NCBI GenBank assembly: GCA_002633005.1
Contig: NMRA01000021.1
Coordinates: 165,000-228,999 of the forward strand
Origin: Phoronis australis
Taxonomy: Eukaryota; Animalia; Phoronida
Direction of reading: 5' to 3'
Length of the DNA stretch: 64,000 nucleotides
Below the pieces are notes generated by a model. That model ran no database searches. It saw only the letters and a program-made list of their open reading frames with translations, and was not told where the DNA came from. The position numbers and the translations under genes were made by a program. Positions 39,601 to 51,600 of the stretch are shown here, in pieces; the first letter of the stretch is position 1, and every line of letters starts with the position of its first letter.

Positions 39601-42600
39601 TAAACATGATTTTAGATTTTGAGTACGTATACCCCTTTTGAAATTTATGGAAAACAGAAATATGTTGGTGTTGGCTTTAGGAAAACATTGGGATATGGCA
39701 AACACCGTTTACTTGCGTAATTCTTGGCGCACTGTCGAACTAGAGAAAGATCACTGGCATGTTTGAATGATTGGACAAGACGCATATAAAACACCAGACA
39801 TTAACAGTGATGCACATCTAGGCTGCCCTTTTGAAGGTTTGTCTTTCCCCAAGCTCAAAAATCATTTTTTCAATCTGATATGAAAATAACTAATCGGGAT
39901 CAATTTTTAGCAGCAACTGGTCTTACTTAAATTTGTTTACACCGGAAATAAGTAAAATTGTGTGGCTTGTACCTTTAAGAGAATGCTTGGTGAAAAACTG
40001 ACATAACAAGATGAAACAAGTGCATTGTAAGTCATAAATTGCACTGATTTAATTGTTAAGGCTTCAAGGCATAGACCTGGACTTTTCCATGCTTGATAAG
40101 TGTATAAGTTCATAAAACTTGTATTATAATCAAAGGGGTATCCCAGTGTCTCCCCGCTCCTTACATAGTACTATCAGTTCAGTTGCTGACATCAGACACA
40201 AAACAAATTGTTCCCTTTTTGCATTTTTTATTTTACAAAATGGGCTTTTTTAAATAATCCAAATGTTCCAACTGACATTTTTATCATCCCATAAACTTGA
40301 TTTCAGTTGAAACATTGTCCAAAGACTGGATGTAAAGACCCATACAGCGCCATTTCAGAACAGGTCCAATCAAATTGGCTCCAATTCACATTGAAACTTA
40401 CACAACTTTATCGGTCACACACACTGATGTTTTTGTCTCACCTGGTATTTTCACCTCACTACCACTTCCTTCGATACTGTCCCCACTCCCACTACCACTG
40501 GAGAGACTGTCTGTAAACTGTCCTCTCACAAGGCAGACGTCTTCCTGACATAATAGCCAGAGGAAAATCAACTGACATGAAGGCAATTTCATTTTGTGCT
40601 CTTGTCTAGAACATTGTCTGCACCACCTCACATCTTTCCTACACCGCCTGTCTATGTTCTATGGTCCAGGTGTTTCTTGTGAAGTCCAAATACTTCATGT
40701 GTATGTTTTGCACTTGACCATACCTGTCTGTGCTCTTGTTTGGCTGAGGTGATTACATAAGACTACACCACCCCATTGTTGAGTGTGGGCTACCCTTTGA
40801 AGGCCCTGTTTAGAGCCTTTTCTGCAGGCTAGTGATCAATGAGTAGAAGAGTCATTTCGGAATTGTTATTGAAACACTCAAGAGATGAAAACCATGTGAA
40901 CATATTTCTTTTTTTCTTACTATTGTGCATGATGTTATGTGAACTTATGAAGATAAATAGATAATCGTTTTTGAGTAAAGATTATAATTACTTCTATTGT
41001 GTGCAACACATTTTGCATTATATTAATTATACAGTTATTTAATTATAATATAATTATTATCACGCAATTGTTATTACGTTATTATTCTTAGTAGTCAATA
41101 TACCTTGAGTAGTGTATTACTTAGTATATGGCCTAAAGGAATAAAAAGTTGCAAAGCCACAGCAATACATAAGATTTCAGTTTATTTTATACACAAGTTT
41201 TTTTGATATTACCATTAAAGAACCTAAGCTCCACTGTCCACTCCAATTAGTGCATTGCATATTTCCGGGCATTTCAGTTTCTGTCAGTGTATATATTTCG
41301 CATTCTTTTTAGCTTGAAGATGAGGCGCTAGTCTCCACTGTCTTCGACGTAGCTTGGAAGAAAACATTGGAATGTTCTGGTAGCACATTCTCATTTTGGA
41401 CAGCTCTCGAGTGCTTTATTGATCTCATTTTTCAACCAAAGTTTCTCATCCCTCAGTCGTGTGGTCAGGAGATTTATCAACAGGTCCATGAGGTATGCTA
41501 CATCGCTGTAAAAATATCTCTTGAAATTAAACGATATTTCCAATTTAAAAGGTCGAATTTTTCACTATTCTTTGATTCCACCACTGGTGCTAATGATAGC
41601 TGATCTGTATTTTGAACTTCATGATAAGTTAACCCAAGGCAAAGTTTAGCTCTGTTTTTGTATTGGTTCTCTTTTACAGTGTGCTTCAAGTCTGCTCCGT
41701 TATGGTGTGGAAAAGATGGGTGTGGCCAATATGCTAATGAAGCATCTGGTGCAGTTTTGGTTGGTTGGTGATAACATTAAGCATGCGAGTGGCTACATGG
41801 ATGTGTTGATTGAAGCTTGCACATTTGGCGCTGTGAAAAAGCGAAGGTATCTTTTGATTTTTTTAGCCCGAAAAGATTATATAACTAGTTTCTGCCCAAG
41901 TTTGTTTCTGAAAACTTGACTTTCGTATCATTGCATGATTTATGAATATTAAATTGATAAAAGCCTTAAGGCTTCCTACGTTACCAAGGATTAAATTTCT
42001 TGAATAATTTAAAGTACTAATTGTTGACCCATAGAATATACAATTTTAAATTCTCCATGGTGATCACATAATCTTATTATATGAACACATATATTGTCCA
42101 GATGTTCGTAATCGTGTGACCGCGTTTTATCAAAGAAATTTGAATTTTTCACTCAGATCACCGTAATTTCCTCAAACACAATTTTCACACACTTGCAAAT
42201 TCTGTTTCTTTATTGTACTGTTTGCATGTTCGTGGTTTTCTTGTAAAGCTTAGTCTTTTTGGTCTTAGAACGACCCTCGCAAAAATGAAGATGTCAGCAT
42301 TTCTTGAACAACAAAGGGAAATCTAGATTTTGTAGCCAAGCTCTCAGGCTAAAAGAACTTGACATGAGTTTGTGGCTAATATAATTATGAAACAGAATTT
42401 GCAAGTTAGATGCAAAAATCCTTCCTTTTGTGTATATAATAGTATTCTGTGATCATTTATTTTGTAGAAAAGTAATCAGTTCTTTAAACTAGTAAAATGA
42501 CATTTTGGCAATTATTTATGTGCGAAATAAGTGGAGAATTTTCGTAAGTCGGATATGTGTGTGGGAAAGGATAAGAAATTAATTTGTTGACTAACTACAG

Positions 42601-45600
42601 TAAAAATTCTTCAGTTTGGGACAATGTCTATGATTTGGGACACAGACATCAAAGCAGAATTTTTTTTTCATCAAAGATTTTTATTTTGCTTTAGCATGAT
42701 AATTACATGTCACATAAAACAATACAGTATACGTCGTTTACAAAGAATAACATTAAATCACTAGTCAACAAGTACCATATTTTCTTTAGGATACGAACAT
42801 TTGGAAATTGAGATTTTTTTAACAAGCTTTTGGTTAAATATGTAATTTTTGCTAGTATGATCAACAGGTTAATGTTACAATTTTAAGCAGAATTTTCTTG
42901 ATTCCGAAGATTGGGTCTTTCAAATTTGGACACTTCACTAATTTGGATATCAACAGAGTCTGAAAATAGACTTGGCAGATCATAAAATCATAAAAAATTA
43001 CCGGCCAACACAACTTTTTCATGGGTCCTCGTAGTGTGTAACATTGAGAACAATGGTTGTTGGTCATTAGGCGGTAATTCTTGTATTTGGGACGGCCAAT
43101 ATTGCCTATTTCTAAACTTTGGTACATGTCTTAACCTTCAGCAAAATAATTAATTTTTCATTGTCCCAAACAGGAGATTTTTTTCTGTATGTTGTGTTTG
43201 TTTTATGATTCTGATTTTGTAACGCAGCGTCAAGAAAGATGTTCACAGGTGTATTTATGGCCTTGGTAAAGATTTCACGACCAATCAGATATTTGGGAGG
43301 TAAGTTAGTGCTGGACTTTTATTGAGTTCTTTATTTTATGAAGTTAAGAAAATAGAGATATTTCAATGTATCAAGACGTATATATTATATTCCCATGGAT
43401 ACAAAACATATTGCAGGCAGTCCATTGCCTGAATTGCGTCGCACGTGCACGGGACTCCTAGGTCGGAACCACTGAAAAAACACGAGAACCCTCTTTATGT
43501 ATATGTAATCATAAATTTCCTCCACAGAGAGGTTGCAGAAGTATGAAGCCATGTACACCACATTCATCTGCTATTGATGCTTGGCATTGGAACCAAGTTA
43601 CTGTCCACAGGTGGCGTCCACAACCACCAGTGCTTCAGCTTGTCTGGTCATCTCATTTAACCTTGTACACAGGAGGATCAATAATCCCCAGAGAGTCCAC
43701 CCATTTCACTTTACTTTCATGCTCTTGCATATACGAGTCACAGATAAACTTGTATATTTTTATTACCTTGTCTACAGCCAGTGCAGAAGTCAAAAGTTCT
43801 GCCAAAATATTGTGAAACAGTAATCATATTTTTTCATATTGTGCATTATGTTTTCAGGTCAAAACCACTGAATCAGTTTGTTACCTCTGATTTGTTTATA
43901 TTTAAAACTTTTGAAAATTTTAAACACTTTTTAGTGGTTTATAATCTTTAACGTTATCAAAAATTGTCTGTTTTTTCTTCTTAGTTTGTTTTTATCCGAT
44001 GTTTCCTAAAAATTATCTCTGTCTTCAGAACACTTGTTTGATTACATTTCATTAACACGTTAATTTCTTTTGCTAAAACTCTTGTATTGTTATAATTGCT
44101 TGTTATTAGTTGCATTATTTAATAATACTAAATGTTTAACCTTGTATTAAAGCACCTTCTCTAGAGAGTATTGCGGTGTCCGGGCAACTATTGCCAGCCT
44201 ATTGGCTGCCAATGGCTCAACAAACTCGTGCCACTGGGAGTCGTTCAGGTCGACATTTTTGGCCGAGTTGATTCGTCGTCACCGTCAAGTGCTGGGGGAG
44301 TCATCGCCCAGGAACTTCCCTAACTCTGAAATCCATCGAACTAAGCACCGCCTGGTGACTGCCATGATGGTGCTGGAGTCAACGATCGATGAGGTATAGA
44401 CTTGCATGCCCGCTCTTGAATCGCTACAATTCCTGTTTTGTTGAATGCGTAGAGCAAGTTGTAGCTAAAACATTTCTGCCTTAGATTGTTCTGACAGTCT
44501 ACGTTGAAACAGTTTAGGTTGTCGTGCAATGTGAATATGTGCAATAGTTTGGTTTGCAACTGTTGGGCTGACTCGCTCTTTTTGAAATATTGTGTTCATG
44601 GTAACATACCAACAAATGCCTGAGTTTGGACTACTTTTAATGAAACAGCTGTCTGGTTCCTGTCATCTGTATGTTACTATGTTGAAAAGTGTGTGATCAG
44701 TCTTAATGCTTGAGCTCTCCCAGATATAGTGCATGGGCTGGTGATGGAAGTTTACACCTCTGGGGTGATTTAGTAGAGCGCAATATGTTGAGAAATCAAA
44801 TGCCAACATTTCATATTCATCAGATGGTGTTAGCGAGAAAAGGGTCCTGGTATTGTCATTTGAATAGATTGAGACAGAGAGCTGTTAGCCATATGGCCAT
44901 CTGGGAAGTTAAAAGCAATTTACTGAAACCATTTCAGTTCAAACAAAGGATAAAAAATTGATGATGTAACTTAGTAAAAGTAAATGTACCTTTGTTGAAA
45001 GTTTTTGTTTTGACTTCAAAATGTGATTTATTGATGTTTGGAATGTCCTATATAACTATATGAAAGCATGCATTTTTCAGGTTGGATTATTGTGTCACTG
45101 GCTTCGCCTTGACAATTTTAAGCTCACATTCTGTCAAGTGAAAACAAGTTAAACCGGTTGATGATGTTGGTGAACTCAAAATATTGAAGTACAGTTCGAG
45201 ATGTTTGCTGAATACTGATCATTTCAAGACTTCATATATTTTACTTTTACTTTCTGCTCTGACTTCAATTCACTGTAAATGTGGAAAGCAAAGATCTAGC
45301 TAGTGTATGTATGACAGCTAAATATCAGGTGTACACTTTTGTTGATTCTCCATTTACAGACTGCTGTTATTGGCCTTCTCACCTACATCATGGATGGTCT
45401 TCATGCAGAGTTGCAGTCTGCTGTCCGGTACTACCTGGAATGGCTAGCGATCCGTGTGTTCTATAGGTTCCCCAGGACCCTGGTGGTGCTGTGGAAACAC
45501 CTGAAGCAGGTAGGGGCTAATGGAGTATACTCACAGGGTCTTGCACTCACAAACTGGTAGGGGCTAATGGAATGTACTCACAGGGTCGTGCACTCACAAA

Positions 45601-48600
45601 CAGGTAGGGGCTAATGGAATATACTCAAAGGGTCGTGCGCTCACAAACAAAATGCACTGACAATGCGAAAGGGGACACACTCTGCTGTGATGAAGACCTA
45701 CGCACAAGAATAGCTAAGAGAACCAGGATGGGGATTCCCAGTGCCATGTTATCCTAACCTACTTACACCTCTTTACAGTACTCTTAGGCTAACGGATGAA
45801 TGCAGACAGACAGTAGTCAAAAGACCTACTTATGTCCACAGTAGAGCAAACAAATCTAGCTGTGTCAGTCATGCGAGTCTCTCCTGTCCTTCCTCGTTCT
45901 TCCCGATCCCCCTTCTTTTCTATTTCCCCCTCCTCAGTTCTTTGGATTTATGAATGCATGGTCAGTTTTGGTTGATTCATCTCAAAGTTCACTGAATTGC
46001 CTCATCCCAAAATACCACAGTGCCATCTGGGATTCTGCCGTCCTTCAGTAAAGCCCTCGTTCCACAGTGGTATCACTACTTTGGCATTTGTCTTTCTGCT
46101 GCTTTTTGAAAGATTCAGCTTTTGTGTTCCAGGGACTGAACAAGAAAGTTGCCTCTATGTGTTCTATGATGGTAGTCGTCTCCCATGTTTGCCAGCTGTT
46201 GGACTGCAAAGTCAAACAGGTAAATTGTAGATTATTACCTGTTATAACCTCAGTCACCTGTGAAACACTTGCAGTGAAGATTCTTAGCTTACACAGTGGA
46301 GGTAGTGAGTATTGTGTAAACCTCTTATTCTCCTAATTCAACTTTCTGCCACTGCAATCCTATCTTATTCAGAGGTGGCCATTTTGCTAGTGTACACTTT
46401 GTAAGTTGTGAGGTTTTGCATTATGCTGCCCTGTGCATTGTGCTGCCCTGTGTGTTGTGCTGCCCTGTGCGTTGTGCTGCCCTGTGCGTTGTGCTGCCCT
46501 GTGCGTTGTGCTGCCCTGTGCGTTGTGCTGCCCTGTGCGTTGTGCTGCCCTGTGCGTTGTGCTGCCCTGTGCGTTGTGCTGCCCTGTGCGTTGTGCTGCC
46601 CTGTGCGTTGTGCTGCCCTGTGCGTTGTGCTGCCCTGTGCGTTGTGCTGCCCTGTGCGTTGTGCTGCCCTGTGCGTTGTGCTGCCCTGTGCGTTGTGCTG
46701 CCCTGTGCGTTGTGCTGCCCTGTGCGTTGTGCTGCCCTGTGCGTTGTGCTGCCGTGTGTGTTGCGCTGTAAGTAGAAATGATCTGTCTGCAGGTGTTGTG
46801 TTCTGTGAGAGCCAGACTAGGGTGTCTTCATATGCTTCACATTCAGCTCTAAAAGACGAGGATTTTCCAACCCGTGCTGTTGACCATTCGATGAGGCGTT
46901 GACCCTCGCGAGTCCAAGCAACTGCTGCCTAAGCAGTTGTGTCATCTCTTAGTGAGCCGTCCGTTGCAACAATGATTGTGGGAGATTGTTCTTCAAGCCA
47001 TTCCAATACAGTTGCTTGATTGATACAGTCAGCTCTTTACCGCCAATGACGGCCTCCAATCTCCAAGGTGTTGATGGCAAAGTTTGTGGCTTTGGACCAT
47101 TCTATGCTGTTGATGTTCTCCACTGGACATACCTCTTCGACAAGCTCCCTAGCTCCGATAACCCATGATTGAACAGTTTTCAGCCTCGGTGCAGTGTGCT
47201 CATCACTACGCTCTCTCAAGTCCATTATTGGCGTCCTCTCTATCCGCAAAACTGCTCAAAGAATCGTTTGAAAATTGGCAGATGTGTTTCTGATGAGAAG
47301 GCCGCTGCTGACATCGATATTTCTACAGGTTCGACTACATTGGCGCTCCCTAGTGGCATTTTTATGTCTACGTATGTATCTACTTAACCCTTACTTACAT
47401 CACATTATGACGAGTTTCAGACCCATTCAACTACCACTGTGCTCCCTAGTGGCATTTTTAGCTTTTGCATTTGCCTCTGTATTTTCTGAGTTCATCGATA
47501 AATTTTTTTGCAATTTGGCAAATAGGTTCCCAGTAAGGAGATCACGATAATCTTCCTTTTTCGTAATATGGATTCGATGTATTTTGCACCACCTAGTGGC
47601 TATTTTCATTTTTACGAGTCCGTTTTTTGTTGCTGATGAGAAGAGTCGACATTGATTTTTGAACAGATGTGACAACTGTGGTGCCTCCTGGTGGCAAGTA
47701 ATTTTTTTGCGTCCTCGGATGTATCTCCTTACTCCTTTGAAAATTCTTTGTGAAATTTTGGAAGTGTTATTAAATAAATCTGACTACGACTACCTACGAC
47801 TTTTGAACGGTTCTGACTACCACTGTGCCCCCTAGTGGCAATTTTAGTTTTTATGGTTGCCTCTGTAGCTTCAGAGTTCTTGGACGTTTTTTTATTTATA
47901 TTTGGCAAACAAGCTTCTGTTATGATGGCGATAGCGTCTATCCATTTTGGGATGGATTTGACGTATTCCGTGCCACCTAGTGTCCATTTTTAGACACTTA
48001 TAAATGCTCCTAGAAGCACACTGCATTGCAGTTGTGGGTGCATTTCAACGCTCTGCGTTGCTCTAGCTCAACCATGTAAAAAGCAGGAGGTCATGTCTTG
48101 AGCAAAGAGTAATTGGTAGATTGTGTGACTGCATCGCTGCTCTTTCCTACAGGTCTTGACAACTACTGCCCTCTGGGAGGCCATAGAAAGATTTTTTTAA
48201 AAAGACTGGAAGGGGAATGTGGGTGCACACCGCTTTCTGATATTGCTCTAACTATGGTCTGTAGGGGGGAGGATAGCAAAGAATCAAGTTCTTATGACTC
48301 AAAAAGCTCTTGATATGAACTGAATTTATTTATTTATTTATTATTACATTGACATGTGTTTAATAGGTTGAAACAATTCATATAGTATTTGAAAATAAAT
48401 TATAGCCAGTAGGCTTACAAGTCACTGTTTTCAATGTACAATAAAAATTGTCTGCGTTTCAAAAGAGCATTGTGCCCCAAAACGGAAAGCTCTCTGACCA
48501 GATTAAACATTAAAAATTTCACTTTTATTATCTACTTAAAATTTTACTTGTATTTTCTACATCAGAAAAATAAGAAATTAGCAGACAAATTGTTAGTCTC

Positions 48601-51600
48601 ATTATGAAGTGTTCTTTGGAAATCAGTGACACACAAAATGAAGTTCATGAGAATACATATTGGGCATAATCTATATTGTGGCTCAGCTTCTATTTCATAT
48701 CCATAATTAGATAAGTTGTTTATGCAAAATAAAGATTTGAAACTGTTTCAAATGTCTTCGTGTTATGCATTTTGCTTGGGTCCGTGCAAATGCACACGCT
48801 GAATTTTACGTTACTGTCTTGGCCACATATTCAACGGCGTCGCTGGCACGCCAGGCACGGTGCTGTAAGTTGTATGAAATATGCTACTCAGTGCAAGAAG
48901 ACAATCTCTGATAAGTTGATTAAGTACATTTTATTAATGCATGACAAACATAATCTTAGCTACCTGTACAATTTTGGCTGTTTTTATTTTCCTAAAGCAT
49001 GTGCAGAGTTTACTCTTAGCTTTTACAGACAAGTACGTTTTCATTGTGCAGGGGTTACCCTGTGTTTCAACTTAGTCGTCCAGAACAAGGTTGCTCAAAT
49101 CCGGTATGTCGAGAGGTTGAGACATTCCAGCCTGCTCAAGGACTTGTGGTTTTATATTACAAGTGTAACAGTATGGGTTTTTATGTCGACTTTCATGGTG
49201 CCTGTCCGAACCAGTTTCCTTTTCTACGAAACCTCCAATGTCCGATAGACGTTTGTGGTCAATATTCTCTGTGTGTAACACTTCTACAATTACACGTGGT
49301 ATGCAGGTCACCATGTATTTGTCATCTTTTTTAGTAAGAAATTGATTTGACTCTATTTCAAGGGGTATCAATTTTCTTTGACAGAATTTATCAGCCTCTG
49401 ATTCTTTTTTTGTATGAACCAGAGTTATGTAATGTGTTATAGAACTTGCCCTGCAGTAGAAGTCAGCAAAATACAAGTTGCTGTTACTGTTCAGAAAATA
49501 ACCAACTGGAATATTTATTCTTGTGTCACCAAATGGAGAATCTCGTAATGGTAGATTGTCTTCTTTGTTAACACTTGCTCCAAAGAACAATCCCTTTAGC
49601 ACTCCGTTGATACAGTTGGCTGGATCACCATTGTTGTCTTTGATTTTCTTGTACTCGATTCCGTTATGGTTGTTCATGATGTCTTCAAAATATGTTGATG
49701 ATGCGTTTCGATAGAGCCTATAGCACTTCTCCATGGGTCTAAGTTGTACTTTATAGACAGCAAGGTACAGCAGTCTTTCCAGTTGGGCTTGGCTGTATTC
49801 TGAAAAAAAATATTCAAGGTTAAACAAGCGAACTCTACAATCAAGTAGTAAATAAACATGATCTTACAGTATTGTATCTGTTTGGCTTACGATGCTGCCC
49901 TGGATTTTTGATGTTCTCTCTTTTCATTATGTTTTTGTATTTGCCTTATTTTCTATTGAGTTTTTCACTGCCACATACTGTATACGATAATATGTTTACA
50001 ACAGGTCTCCTCAGTGGTTAAACTCACTGTCTATAGATCTGTCTTGGATTACACGGCAACACTGGAATCTCGCTGTATTTACCCATAATGCTACAGTATC
50101 CGCCTAGCACTTTTGTATTGCTTATATTTGAGTTCCACTTGTTATTTATCGTATTCGCTCAAATTTTTCTTGACTGTATTACTCTATTCATCCTTCCAAT
50201 CCCAACAAAGTTTCATTGCTGTGTTGTTGGCTGCAGCTCTGATGAGAGAAAGTTAGATAAACTTGACAAATAACCATGTATGCATGATGTTAAGTTTTTC
50301 GTCTTCCCGACATCAATCAATGAATAAAGCAAGTCTGTCAGGTTAATTGTGAACGGAATACTGTCCCCTTTGTTGAAGATACCTTTTCAATTCAGATACT
50401 TTTAAGCAGTTAAATCCGGGAATATTTCCACGACCATACAGCTCGACGATATCCAACATGACTTATCACAATGTGTCCAACATTCCAAAGCTTTGTCAAT
50501 CAAAACAATGCCCTTTCTCAACTCCAGGATAAAGGAGAGTTCTATCCTTGTGTAATCTGGGATGGCCCTATTCATATCTGTGAAGTCATTAATTTCCTTA
50601 TTTGATTTTACACATTTTTCTCACATTTTCATCTTTATCCAATTGATCTCTGTCATCACAAAAAAATAACCTCTTCTGACTAGGAGATGCAACCTGCCAT
50701 GAAACATGGTTAAGGAATTCGTTGCCAAAGATGGGTGCGTTTAAGAAGTTGTTTGCATGTCCTTTCAACTAGGAGTACGTACAGTTGCGACTCTCGATTT
50801 GTCAGTCATAACCTTGTCACCTTCATGGAATTCTGGCATTGTTTGGTTCATGTGGAGAATTTCTCATGTGGAGAATTTTCCTGCTTACACTGGTCACCCC
50901 TCTGATTCCCTAAGCCCCAGACAACTTTTATGATGCCTATTCAGCACACCCTTTGTATTGATGTAGATCTGAGCTAATGAAGTGGAAGGTAATAGCTAGC
51001 ACTACTTTCTTAACAATGGTGGTTCTTATTACTGCCAAACTGGTTTTTAATGTAGAGAATAGTCGGTACATTTTAAATATTACAAAAAGACTAAAAAGTT
51101 AATTTGTGTTGATCTTGACAAAGGACCACTTCACAAAGGAACATTTGGTTTTGACGTATTTGTTCTCATTACTTTATTTTAATACTCCTGTCTACTTGTT
51201 TTTTTTTTCTTATCTGTTAGGGTTACCATTTTTTGTTTTGTTTTGAAATGAAATTTCAAAACAACTTAGAAGCCAGTTAATTGTGAACCCACCCCTGAAT
51301 TTTCCAGAGTACAGCTATACCAAACATGTTACAGCAAACAAAACTACACGTGTTAGAACCCAACTCATAAAATGTATATAAAAGTGCTAATATGGTGATA
51401 GCGAAATTGAAGTTTTGGAGTCTTTGGACAATTTTACTTGCAGTAAATTAACTATTCTAGCTTTTCCTCATTCATAAAAAATGAAATCACAGCTCTTGCC
51501 CTCCGACCAACCTCATCAACTGCTTGCACTCTCTCGTTGACTACAAAGCTAGCCATCTTCTTGTGTTCACACGTGTTCCATTACAACTACAAGCTAACTA

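Noticed and set aside
41847-43227. Possible U12-type intron (donor GTATCTTT)
   Set aside because: The donor deviates from GTATCCTT, and there is no TCCTTAAC-type branch point at the expected distance from the acceptor.
45687-45825. Hammerhead or snoRNA at GTGATGAAGACCTAC...GTAGTCAAAA
   Set aside because: Both core motifs are mismatched, the intervening region is long, and there is no D box.
46408-46902. Cys-rich ORFs resembling metallothionein or keratin-associated proteins
   Set aside because: They are translations of a 17-bp minisatellite that is open in all three frames; there is no unique coding context.
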